From Vitrella brassicaformis CCMP3155 (Eukaryota > Protista > Chromerida): a stretch of 64,000 nt of DNA. A program made the position numbers and the translations under genes. The notes beneath the pieces are model-generated. The model did no database searches. It was not told the origin of the DNA and worked only from the letters and a program-made list of their open reading frames with translations. This document shows, piece by piece, positions 1-16,231 of the stretch. Location of the stretch: NCBI GenBank assembly GCA_001179505.1, contig CDMY01000498.1, positions 1-64,000 on the forward strand. Direction: 5' to 3'. The first letter of the stretch is position 1, and every line of letters starts with the position of its first letter.

Positions 1-1695
1 CTGTGTGTGTGTCTTGCCGCGCTCCTACTTATCCCGGCGGTGATATGTGTATGGGCGTGCACTGGGGGTGTCTGCGGGTCGGCCACCTGCCGCCCCTCTC
101 CGCCCTGGAGAGGGCGGCGGTGCGCTCTCATGCACCCCCAGCACTCCGTGCGTGGTTATTATAAGGGCGTGTTTGTGTGTGACTGGGCGATCTGCACTGG
201 CTGGCCACCTGGGGATGGGCGGTATCTACGTATGGAGTCATGGTGCTTGACGCACGCACGCACGCCGCCTTCAAGCTGCTGCTGGGGTGGCGTGTGTGCG
301 ACGCTGTGTGCCTGCTTGTATGTGGCCGTCGTTCGCAGCGCATTGCATATCCTCCTGTCCGCTGCATCTGCCCTCTGCGTGCTGCGTGTTTCGTGTCCGG
401 GTTGCATGTTAGGGTGCCTGTTTCATGTTGGACAGACCGACAGGGGACTTGGCCGTCAGGCCACCTAGGGTGCTCCCTGAAACCGCAAGATGGAAACGAA
501 GAAGAAGAGAAGAGGGGATGGACAACACAGGGCGCTTCGCAGCCTCTTCGAACCGGATCTATGTCTGGAGAGCGAATCCAATTGACCAAAACGCAGCCAC
601 GAACGATGAAGATGCGTCATCCGCAGCAGAAGGCTGTGTTGTGGCCTTCACGCACGTCAGCAATGATGGATCTCCTGCGAAGGATCACAATGGGGAGATT
701 CGGTGGCCAGGCCCCTTCCATGAGGGAGATGATGAGCCTACCTTGATCGCATCGGTGCAGTTGAGATGGTGGGAGTGCTTTCGGGATGGGCTGGAGGGCA
801 GCCACCTCTGGCCAAGTGCATTCGTTCTCACCAAGTAGGTGCGACCTGATCCACAGACAGTAAGCAGCGTCCTCCGTCCAGCTGTCTTGTTTTCCCTTTG
901 CAGATGGTTGTTAGAGTGCCCTTGTCTGACCAGAGATCGCCACATCGTCGAGCTTGGCAGTGGCTGCGGCTTCACGGGCATCGCTCTTCTGAAGACCGCC
1001 GCTGCATCCTCTTATGTGTTTACCGACTGGGAGCCATCTGTCTTGCGGCTGCTTCAATACAACACCCGCCTCAACAACCTGTCTGACCGCTGCAACGTCA
1101 TCGTGCGGCGGCTCAGATGGGGTCAACGGGCCGATGTTTCCACGCCAGCTGATGATGGACATGGGAGAGGGAGCTGGCTCACTCGGTCACTTCGCTGGCT
1201 ATGCAGGAGGCAGCAGCCGCCAGTCCAGTCGTTTGACCAACAAGACAGCTGCGGCGATCATCTGAGGTGTGACCTAGTGATAGGCGCTGATGTGGTGTAT
1301 GGCGGCACAGACGTGGAGGGCCTCGTCAGCACAATGAGCCAGCTGCTTCAAGGCTGTCTGGAGGGAGAAGAGGAGGGAGCGACGGCTGGGCTGAAGAAGA
1401 CAGTGAGGTGTGTGTTAGTGTGCCCGAGCAGCCGACAGGGGCTGGACAGGCTGGAGCATGCGCTGACCCAAGCCATGGACGGCAGGATGTCTGTGGATAT
1501 CATTCGAGTACAGGTGAGAACGGCTGCACACGTTTCCTGTCCATGTACTCAATGATTGATGTCTGGATGGGTCTGTGCCCTTGATTGCAGAATGACGGCA
1601 TCATCCGCTTGCCGAGCGATGAGGCCGGGAGCAGCAAAAGTGGCTCTTTGGTCAATGGAAGGGATGAGTACTGTGTCTTCGTGTGTAGTCTATGA
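1..1695 (+). CDS. Family-16 (EEF2KMT/METTL21-like) SAM-dependent protein methyltransferase, multi-exon; 5' end uncertain
   Basis: Spliced GLEGSHLWPSAFVLT..WLLE, motif I IVELGSGCGFTGIALL, YVFTDWEP and DLVIGADVVY. GT-AG introns at about 836-903 and 1514-1590. TGA at 1693-1695. Confidence 0.85.
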
Positions 1696-1917
1696 CTGAC
1701 CAACACTGACCCCCCTGCATGTAAGTGACGATGAGCTGGATCAGCGAGGAAGAGCTCATTATTAGCGTCCCAGGATCAGATAGATTGAGTCGTGCAGTCA
1801 TTCTGCGGCTTGCTATCCTCGCGATGAATGCGAGCGGGTGCTTCCTGTTGCGTGCCGTTCGTTTGATTGTGCTGAAAGCCATGGACTTGGCCATTCCGTG
1901 AAACTGCTCGCGAAGAA

Positions 1918-1926
1918 TGCGAGCTT
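1918..1926 (+). promoter_or_regulatory. Candidate promoter motif TGCGAGCTT
   Basis: 158 nt upstream of the Tudor-HNH ATG; recurs in other intergenic promoters. Confidence 0.45.
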
Positions 1927-2083
1927 TCCGTAAAGGGGAGGAGAGGAGGAGAGAGGGGAACCACTACATGCCAGCGCCCTTCCAGAGGTCTTATGATCTG
2001 CTCCACGAGATCTTTACCCGGCCAAGCTGAGCTCTGACGTCTGGGATTCCCTGCACACGTCCAATTCTCTTCGCTGGTCAAAG

Positions 2084-3155
2084 ATGGGCTCCACATCCAT
2101 AAGCAGCGAAGCCAGACTTGTTCGGTTAGCGTCGACGCTTAGCGAACGGATTCGACAGGAACAAAGCCCACAGAAACACCCTTTCCGTCTGTGTCTGCCG
2201 TGCACTGCAGCCAGTCACTATGGTCTGTTCTCGGCAAAGACGATGACGCCAGCGAGGAGGCCGTCATTGCATTCATCTGCGAGACCATCGTTGAGGAGCT
2301 CAAGTCGAGGAGTGTCGTTCTCATTGATGATATCACAGCCCTTGTGGAGTCGCTGCTGCTGGAGGGGCTCGACGAGACCGACCGGGAGCTGAGTGAGATC
2401 TGCATCAGCCAATTGGCAAGCGACGGCGTCCTTGCAAAGCTGGGAGGCGAGAATGACGACGATGACGAGGCGGCTCAGGTCGGTGATGAGTGCCAGGCAA
2501 TCATGAAGGAGGACGGGGAATGGCACGGTGCCGTGGTGGAGAGGCTCCCCGATGACAAAGCCATGGCCAGTGACAGGGACGGTGAAGCTCTCTACACTGT
2601 TCGCTTCTCCCAGTACGGCAACCTCCAGCGGACGAGGCGGTCGGACCTTCGGCTGCACCACGAGCTGGCGGATGACGGGGACACTGAGGGAGAGTGTGAG
2701 CTTTGTTTGAAGCGCCTGCCGCTGACCAAACATCACGTCATTCCCAGGAGCACACACGTGAGGAGTGCGTGGCATTGCAGTGTTATTGTGGAGCTGTCTG
2801 TCTGTCTGTCTGTCTGTCTGTCATGGTTTGTATGATTGCAGGCTCATTGGCTGAAGAAGGGCATGACGCAGCAGGAGCTCTCCCAAGGCATCATGATTTG
2901 CCGACCGTGCCATGACGTCACACACAGAATCGCAGGTACACAAGAGTGGCTGCTGAGGCCGGCCGTACACGAGAGTGCTCGTTGACATGATTGATGTGTC
3001 TGCGTGTGTGTCTGTGTGTGTCAGATCACATGACTCTTGCGACACAGTACAGGACAGTGGACCAGCTGCGTGACAACGAGGTGATGCGGAAGTGGCTGGC
3101 CTTTGCCCAGAAGGGACGCGGGGGAACCAGACAGAGAAGGGCAAGCAGACGGTAG
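2084..3155 (+). CDS. Tudor domain + YisB-like HNH nuclease fusion protein (4 exons)
   Basis: Tudor-like VGDECQAIMKEDGEWHGAVV...YTVRFSQYGNLQRTRRSDL. HNH-like CELCLKRLPLTKHHVIPRSTH|AHWLKKG...ICRPCHDVTHRIA|DHMTLATQY...EVMRKWLAFA. Splice phases are consistent. TAG at 3153-3155. Confidence 0.8.
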
Positions 3156-3622
3156 CGTGGGTTGGTGGCTGACCTCATGTGTCTGTCACGGTCGGTCGCT
3201 TTGTGGATATATGCTGTGGACGGGGAGGGGAACTGCGACCGTATGTGTGTGTTGGTCAGCTTCTTGGTTGGTCAGGGGCCTGCCCGGCCAGGCAGATTGG
3301 ATTGTGTGTGCACGTGTCGATTGACGGCTTCGGCTTGACACCGACCGACAGTGAATGAGCCGCATGCACTGTTTGTCCTACTGCAATGAAGATATTCGAC
3401 GTGGGAAGATTCCGTGGTTGGTGTGCCGCCTGGCTGCCGCCACACCATCCATCCATCCATTCGTCCATTAGCTGTGACGATCTTGCGACAGAACAGCATA
3501 CGACAAAGACTGAACAATCGGCTCGGTTGTCATGTTTGCGCCGCTCGTGCTGTCCATCTTTGATCCTCTGATCTCGTGGCAGTAGCGGTACCACTACTGC
3601 CAGTCAATAAGGCGCACCACAC

Positions 3623-8360
<4,738 letters not shown>

Positions 8361-9818
8361 GACAAGGACGTCTTATTTGGTGCTGCGTACTTCACTTCTA
8401 CCATCTTCTACACAGCAGCTGAGCTGTCCACTCACTGAGGAGGGAGGAGGGAGGGGACTGACCTCGGCAGTTTTTCAACCGAGACACATGCAGTGGGTGA
8501 CCGTCGTGTATGGGTTGGGAGCGTTGGTGATATCATGATGGTCCTCTGCTGCTCGGTGCTGACCTGTTGTTGCAGGGGAGGTGTGTCTGTCGTCACGCGA
8601 GCAGCGACTCACTCGCGCATCACGATGTCTGCCGGTCTGTCTGTGGTCTATCGTTTTGTGTGGTGCGGGCACTGGCTGCAGTCAGTCAGTCATCCAGTCC
8701 TCACACAAAGAGCCAAGGTAGGGCAGGGCACACCTCTCTGACTCACTCCCCTCTCCCCTCTGTGTACTGAAGATGGTGTGGCGTGCTGTGGTACAGTACA
8801 TAGCAGACAGGCTACTGTATGTCTGTCTATGCAGTCGGTTGTGGCTGCCTGTCTTCCTACCTGCATCATGGTGATTTTCATATCGGCGAACCAATGCAAT
8901 CAATGCATCTGTGGACCTCTCTCTTGTTGATGCCATCGATGCATGACGCCACGCGTGCCTTCGCGTGGATTGGATGAGTGAAGAATGTACCCCTTCGTTC
9001 GTCAAGGGGCGGACGGGAGCGTCAACATTCAGTCAGGGGGAGGGATATCAATCAGCGTATGCACTGCACACACGGCAAAAGGGGCCATTTATCACATAGC
9101 TGTTGGTTTGTCGTATTGTACACTTGTGGGATGGCATGCAATGCATGGCTATCCTACGCACACACCGACCCGCGGCCCAATCCACCACTCATCCATCCAT
9201 CCATCCTTCAACCGCGCCGACGCATACTAGAAATGCTCTCACTGAGACAAGGACAGCACACACACAGACACATACACACCGAAGTCAACCGCCTCATCGT
9301 GCCCCTCCCTCCACAAACACAAACCGCACCTGTGTTGTCCATCTTTGACCTGTTGGTAGCAGTGTCGGCAGAATGCAGCCTCCTTGGGCATCACTCCCGC
9401 GATGAAACGGACCACACCTTCACCATACTTGCCACCACACACCAGGCACCTGCACACCCACACAGACAGAGACACATCTTTCGAAACCGCAAATTGCGCC
9501 AATGGACGTGGCTGGCTGAGCTTACGGCAGCTGCGTCGGATTGTGATTGTCCCCCATGTCGTTGTCCTCACTCGTGTGGCCTTTGTTTCCCATTGCCCCC
9601 ATCGCCTCCTCGACACACATGGAGCTGCAAGTCACACACCAACATTGCTGCAGTGGTCGGTCGGTTGGTATGCTTTGTGCTGACCTACCTGGGGTCTGAG
9701 GTGGCTGGTGAAGGCGCGGGGGCGTTGACATTGAGGGGAGGAAACTCACTGCATACAATACATATGTGACAGAACAGGCCAGCCATTGGGCGGACTGACT
9801 GGCGCTCCCACTCGTGCC

Positions 9819-10885
9819 TTACCCGTAGCTAAGTTGCGACATCGGCTGCAACGACCACAGCTTAGACCAACCTGCAAATCTGACACACACCACAACCGCA
9901 CCACATAAATCCCATCCATTCGTCCCAATCCTTCCTTCTGCATACCGTGACTTGGGCGTCTCCTTCTGCTTGTCCACACCACCATTATTGCCTTCACCCA
10001 GCTGCAGTGCGGGTTGGGTGCCGACACACGCTGATGATGCCTTCTTGTCCCGACACGGGGAAGGGGGACGGAGGGGGGATGGGAAACCGTCAGCACACGG
10101 GGAGGGCGGACGGAGGGGGGATGGAAATCCACACGACGAGGGATGGCGGAGGGGCGACAATGAGGGACTCACACGCACCGGAAGCGGCTCGACGGCCTCC
10201 GCTGCCGTGGGTGTGTGTGTGCCGGTGGATGCCTGCTCGGAGTGATGATCAGGCTGGGGGTCAGTGGGCGACTGCTTCTTCTTCTTGACGGTGACGGAGA
10301 CCTCCACATAGCGGAAGGCCGACACCGAGACCTTGCTCTTGTCGATGGGCACGAAGGCGCGGGAGGCGGGCTTGACCTTCTTCTTGTGTCTGCCGCCCTC
10401 CAGCTGCTCCCGCACCAGCTGCTCCAGAAGGAGCTGTCCGCCTCGCCGTCGGACGCACCATCGTCGATTATGCCTTCCCCCCCGCCATCCCCGCCGTCCT
10501 CGCCCTTCTGCTCTTATTGGTCTTGGGGTGGGGAATGCACCAGCAGCCGTGGAGGTCGGCTTGCCTTATCCTTCTCATCCTTCTCCTCTGCTGCCTTGGC
10601 CGCCTCCTCCTCCCGCATCAGCTGCCGCGCACTCACGAGCGCCTGGTGCTGCTGCTGTCGCGATACGGCCTGCTGTTTCTTGATCATCGCCGCGTGTTGA
10701 GTCCGTCGCTTATTGTGCCGCTTTTTGCATCCCATGAGGTGAGGAATGCGCCAGCACTCGAGCCAGTAGAAGAACACCGTCAGCACGCCGACGAAGAAGC
10801 ATGACGCCACGAGCAGCTCGGCGTTGGAGGGCTCAGCCTCGCGAACCTTCGGCAAGGGGAAGAGATATCTGTCCGGAGAATGCAT
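9819..10885 (-). CDS. Hypothetical protein: N-terminal TM helix, coiled/charged middle, Pro/Ser-rich tail
   Basis: MHSPDRY...LLVASCFFVGVLTVFFYW (TM)...QLMREEEAAKAAEEK, then a GC3-rich frame LEQLVREQLEGGRHKKKVKP. The two frames can be joined by an in-phase GT-AG intron at about 10542-10437. Confidence 0.5.
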
Positions 10886-10981
10886 CTTGTGCCCTCCTGC
10901 CGAACACACACCTGTTCGAAGGATCAATCTCTGCACAGCCTTCACGCGCCCCTGGCCGCTCGTAAACTTTCAAAGGGCGAA

Positions 10982-13859
10982 ATGGCGGATGGTTCAGGAG
11001 GTTGTGTGGTCTCTCGCAAGGTGTGTGGTCTCTCCCACCACGTGTTCACCTACGACGCGTCGAATCTGCTGCCCATTCTCCACATCGGGCCGCAGATCAC
11101 CATCCTGCCCGACGAAGAGGAAATGATGATGCCGATGGGCGACTGCCACACGACGGACGATACCAATGCTCTCACCCCCGCCCTCCCCAAGCCATGCTGC
11201 GTTGAGGAGGAGCCAGCACCGCCACTGCCAGCAGCGGTCGTGACATTGCCTGCGGCTGAGAGTCAGCAGGAGGACAAGACGACGATGCACCACGGCCCGG
11301 ATGCTTACGCATCGACACCAGCTGATGGTCCGACTGAGCGCAAGGGCGGGCGGGAGGGCAAGGAGATCAAGGAGGCGGTGACGATGAGTCGGCGTGACGG
11401 GGATGGGCATGGGCGTGGGCGTGAGTACGACACTAAGAAGGAGAGCAAGACCACCATCGCACACAACAAACAGCCAGAGGTGAGGAAACACGCCACCACC
11501 ACAAGCAAACAAAGACGCATCGCATCTCGGTTCTCTCCGCTGTGTACTGTAGGTGTTTGACGAGGATGCTGCACCTGTGTTCCGCAGCGTCGGCAAGAGC
11601 AAGGACCTGATGGTCGACTGTGAGGGGGTGGACGTCGATGTGGGCGTGCAGGCGGGCGGTGGGATCGGGGCGGGGCTGTGGCAATGTACCGCTGTCGGGG
11701 CCGTGCAGGTGGACCTCATCACCACACCACACGTGGTGGAGACGTGCGAGGCGGGGGTCGATGCCCGGCCTCTCACCACTGGCGTAGAGATGGCCACCCA
11801 GGCCAAGCCACTCACGGCCGATTCCAACGCACACGCATCACCTGCCGTGCAAGACGCCGCTGCCCAAGTGTCCCTCACCCAACCGGACCAGCCGCAGCAA
11901 GCCCAGCCCACCCCNNNNNNNNNNNNNNNNNNNNNNNNNNNNNNNNNNNNNNNNNNNNNNNNNNNNNNNNNNNNNNNNNNNNNNNNNNNNNNNNNNNNNN
12001 NNNNNNNNNNNNNNNNNNNNNNNNNNNNNNNNNNNNNNNNNNNNNNNNNNNNNNNNNNNNNNNNNNNNNNNNNNNNNNNNNNNNNNNNNNNNNNNNNNNN
12101 NNNNNNNNNNNNNNNNNNNNNNNNNNNNNNNNNNNNNNNNNNNNNNNNNNNNNNNNNNNNNNNNNNNNNNNNNNNNNNNNNNNNNNNNNNNNNNNNNNNN
12201 NNNNNNNNNNNNNNAAGCCCAGCCCCCCCCCGCCCCCGCCCCTCCCACCCTCTCCCTGCGTCCCAAGAGCAATCTGCTCGTGGAGCTCGACCGTGCCTAT
12301 GGACTGACCCGCGTGGCGGTGTCGGACGCGGCGTCGCCGACCGCCCCCAAGTACAAGCTGCTCTATTTCCCGGCCTCACGGTGCGCCACAGAGGGGAAAG
12401 GGGATGGGATGGAGAGACCAGTATTGATTCTCTGTGTGTGTGTGTGTGTGTGTGCAGTGGGAGTGCCGACATTGTGCGTTTGGCGCTGCGTGCAGAGGGC
12501 CTGGCGTATGAGGGTAATCTACACACAAAAACCTGCACATATCTGCACCGACCTGTCCCCTCTCTCTCTCTGTGTGTGTGTGTGTGTCAGAGTATCACAT
12601 CAGTGGGAGGGACTTCAAGCGGGCCGGTGGCATCTTCTCTGCCAACGGTCTGCTGCCCAACCTGCCCTACCTGACGGACGGCCAGCAGGAGGCCGTGGGT
12701 GCGCTGCCCATCATGCGCTGGATCGCACACAAGAGCACCAATGGACTCATGACAAGTAACACACAGGGGGGCGGAACAGACTAACGTGCTGATTGCTGTG
12801 TTGTGGTTTGGCTGTGATGGTTGTGGTGTACTCATTGCAGGTGAGAGTGACATGTGGCTGGACTACTGCATCACCCTACTCCAGAACATATGTGCGCATG
12901 GCACACACACACCCACTATATATGACGAAGCTCACACACACGAGCAAGCTGTGTGGGTCTGTGCATCTGTCTCTGTCTGTCTCTGTCTCTTTCTGTCTGT
13001 CAGGGGCCAACCAAGCTGTCACCACCCTGCCACAGAAGAGGTTGGTACTAACTAACAGACACGACACAGAGACATGGCGTCCGTCCGGAGACATGGCGTC
13101 CGTCCGTCCGTGAGTGTGTATGTATGTATGTGCCTCCCTCTGTAATGTCCGCACACCATGCACACGTGGCTGTGTGTGTGCAGGAGCTCGTACACGCAGG
13201 AGAAGGACAAGTTGGCCTACGAGAAGACACTCGTCATACCAGCACTCACCGTCAGTCTCGGCCAGGCCACACGGATGGCATTGCGATGCTCATAGATCGT
13301 CCCATGATCCCATCTCCCTCCCCTGTGTGTGGTGTGAGTGCAGATGATTGACGGCGAGTTGCGCCGACAGACCAAGGGGCCATATGTGCTCGGCCAATCC
13401 ATCTCATGTGTACGTTCGTTAGGGACTGACTGACACGACGATCCGATCCACACACCATGCAGTGCAGTGCAGTGCACCACTGTGTTCACCCCCGCGATGT
13501 GATTTATGTATGTCTTGCAGGCTGACATCGCAGTGTTGAGTGTTGTCGACCTGGCCAAGCGGTGAGTGAGCGAGAAATGGATGGAAAATCCACAGAGTGC
13601 GTGTGCTGTGTTGTGTTGTGTTGTGTTGTGTCATGCCGTGATGGAGTGCAGCGAGTTTGGCGAGTCGATGATTGAGACCTTCAGCGGGTACTGTATTACC
13701 CACGCAGTGCACACCAGACAGATACCACGGATGGATGGCATGGCAACACAGTCCGCCGACATTGGTGTGTGTGTGTGTGTGTGTGTGTGCAGCATCCAGC
13801 AGCTGTGCGGCGTGTGCGAGCCGCTGTGGGCCTTCCTGCAGGCGGAGGACAGACTATAG
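10982..13859 (+). CDS. Glutathione S-transferase domain (mu/sigma-like) at the C-terminus, probably with a long low-complexity N-terminal extension across the gap
   Basis: YKLLYFPASR|GSADIVRLALRAEGLAYE, LLPNLPYLTDG, ALPIMRWIAHK, GPYVLGQSIS|ADIAVLSVVDL; TAG at 13857-13859. The join to the 10982-11914 exons is unproven because of the N gap. Confidence 0.75.
11915..12214. other. Assembly gap (300 N)
   Basis: N run flanked by C-rich tracts. Confidence 1.
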
Positions 13860-14432
13860 ATAGCCACACCACACACACGTACACCAATTCCAAGCAACTA
13901 ACTGATGTCAGTATTGTGATCGGGGGCCGGGTGGTGGCTGCACCACACGACACCTGGCACACCATGCAGACAGACCACAGAGGAGGAAAAGGCTACATGT
14001 GGTGCGGCAAGACATTTGCACGAGTGTTGAACATTTCATATATATGTGAGTGTGTGCGTGCAACATGTTCTTCCCGGCATCTGAAAGCCTTCGCCACCCA
14101 GAAGATAACATAAATGGCAAAATTGCTGCGAGAAGATGCGACAAGGTCATCATGTAACTGACGGTCTCACAGACAGACATGTACACACGAAGCCGTCACC
14201 GTTGGTATGTGTGTTGGGTCTTGTGATGTGAACCCACTCATTCCACCTCGTCTGGTCTGCCAGCATCCTTCTGCATGGCTTTCCGATGGATGAGTCTGTC
14301 TGTCTGTCTGTCTGACTCACTTGCGATTCCTTCTGTCTTTGTCGTCTGTCTGTGTCTCGTGTGTTTCACGCGTCTGTATCTGTATGTGTCTGTCTGTCTG
14401 TGAGTGTGTGTCGTGTCTTGTCATCTTATTAA

Positions 14433-16028
14433 TTATCCGCGGCTGAAGAGGCCAATGCCCCCGCCGCCGCCCCCGCTGGCCTGCAGCCGAGACCCAAACC
14501 CACCGCCACCAACAGCAGGCGTGGGAGGCCTGACGCACGCACGCACGCACACCACACACACAAACAGAAACCTATTTCAGCTCACATCTGTGCTGTGTTG
14601 GTCTCCCCCGAGCGGCCTGCCTGCCTTACCTTCTCATGCGCGGCCCCCTGCCGAGTCCGAATGGCTTGGTGACGCCCGGTGTGGCGGCGCCGTTGCTGTT
14701 GCTGCCGCCCACGCCGAATCGCCCCTGCATGCCGTTCATGTTGCCGTGCCCGCCGTCCGCACCACCACCGCCAAACAGACGAGGGCCGTTGGGGGGGCTG
14801 TGGGTGCGGGCAGACTGGGCAGCCGCACCGAACAGACCGGTGGATGCCTGGTGGTGAGTGCCTTCCTCAGGACGACTGACACACACACACGCCCGGACAC
14901 ACCGATGCACACGCAGAGCAGAGCAGACATGGCGTGTGTTGTTGGTGTGTAGGGGGGATGTGTGGTGTGTGATGTGTGTGTGGTCTGCTGACCGTGAGAA
15001 GACTTCTCTGGGTTAGTTGGCCTTGGCCTGTCCGTTGCCGAGGGCTGGTCGGTTGATGGCGTTGCCTGGCACGCCGCCGGCGACGTTGCCTGGCACGCCG
15101 CCGGCGACGTTGCCCCTTCCTCCGCCCATCATGCGCGCCTTGAGCTGTCTGTAGTTCTCCTCGAGCTTGGAGTGCTGGCGGTTTTTCTTGCTGTACAACT
15201 CCTTGTAGTGGTCCTGACACACAGACAGAACAGAAAGGAACCAAGCAAGGCAAATGACACACAACGGATGGATGGATGGATGGATGGCCGGGATGGTTGG
15301 CTCCCTCAGCCCCCCGCCCTCCTCCCACCCGTTCCTTGGCGATTTCTCTGAGCTCCTCCTTCATGTTTTCCTTCTCGGTGGACAGGCTGTTGATCTTATT
15401 CTCATACTCGGACAGGGCGGCGCGACACTCGGCCTCCAAACGACGCTTAGACGCCCGCTCGTCTGCACACACCACACACGTCCATCCATCCATCCATCAT
15501 GAACACCACCCACACGATATCACACCGAAGTGGTGCCAACCCTACCCTGTGCTTCCTTCTTGGCGTCCCGAAGTTCCTGTATCTTCTGGAACGACCAGAA
15601 CTCGAGTGACCCCATGGCGGCCTCCAGACAGTCGTTGGGCAGGAAGCCAATCAAACTCATCTGCACAAACCAACCAGACACACAACACACACACACGCTG
15701 ACCATCCGTGGCATCAGATTTGGTCTTCCATCCATCCAGTCCATCCATCCATCCATCATCCATCCATCCACCCGGCCTCCATCCCTGCCTCCCTCCCGGC
15801 CACCACCCCGCCCACCTGTTTTCTGTCGTTGATGGCTGTGCGGCTGAAGTCGACGAGCTTGATCTGACACTGGGCCTTGCACACGGGGCATGACTCGTTG
15901 CTCGAGAACCACTGCTCGGCGTGCTCCATGCAGAACACGTGGGAGCATGACGTCAGGCAGCACTCACCAACCTCCCGCCCGCAGCCAGGCGCGTTGCACT
16001 TGAACGACAAAGCGTCAGAGCCCTCCAT
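14433..16028 (-). CDS. HEI10: HEI10/CCNB1IP1 meiotic RING E3 ligase (Zip3/HEI10 family) with coiled coil and Gly-rich tail; in-frame TAA at 15013-15015
   Basis: FKCNAPGC...CLTSCSHVFCMEH...SCPVC, MSLIGFLPNDCLEAAMGSLEFWSFQKIQE and ELYSKKNRQHSKLEENYRQLK match the HEI10 pattern as I recall it. Exons 16028-15816, 15660-15546, 15462-15329, 15213-14993, 14875-14630, 14529-14433. Confidence 0.85.
15061..15114. repeat. 24-nt coding tandem repeat (2.25 copies; GNVAGGVP on the minus strand)
   Basis: gttgcctggcacgccgccggcgac x2 followed by gttgcc. Confidence 0.9.
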
Positions 16029-16080
16029 CTCTGCGGAGGCCTGCGCGGCGGCTCCTCGCCGCTTGGTAAATTTCTTCTCT

Positions 16081-16089
16081 TGCGAGCTT
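16081..16089 (+). promoter_or_regulatory. Candidate promoter motif TGCGAGCTT (HEI10/FucT divergent spacer)
   Basis: Exact 9-mer in a 203-nt head-to-head spacer. Confidence 0.5.
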
Positions 16090-16231
16090 GAGGGAAGGAA
16101 GGAGGAGCCTGCCACAGGGGCAAGGAGGGAGGTTAGGGCCGAGCCGAGTCCGACTTGCCACCGGCAGTCAATGCGGAGGGGCACCGCCATGAGGGCTGTG
16201 TGACGCAGCACTTTGCCGCGTCACCAACAGC

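Noticed and set aside
8978-9769. 263-aa ORF between PRP4K and the minus-strand hypothetical gene
   Set aside because: No GC3 bias, repeat-derived His/Thr content; likely 3' UTR.
10065-10160. Imperfect tandem repeat (ggacggaggggggatgg)
   Set aside because: Two copies only, encoding GFPSPLRPPSPC on the minus strand; not a CRISPR array or mobile element end.
10437-10545. In-frame TAA (QDQ*EQK) suggesting ciliate-like TAA=Gln reassignment together with the HEI10 TAA
   Set aside because: An in-phase GT-AG intron (about 10542-10437) removes it and joins the two coding frames. TAA, TAG and TGA all appear as normal terminators in this window.
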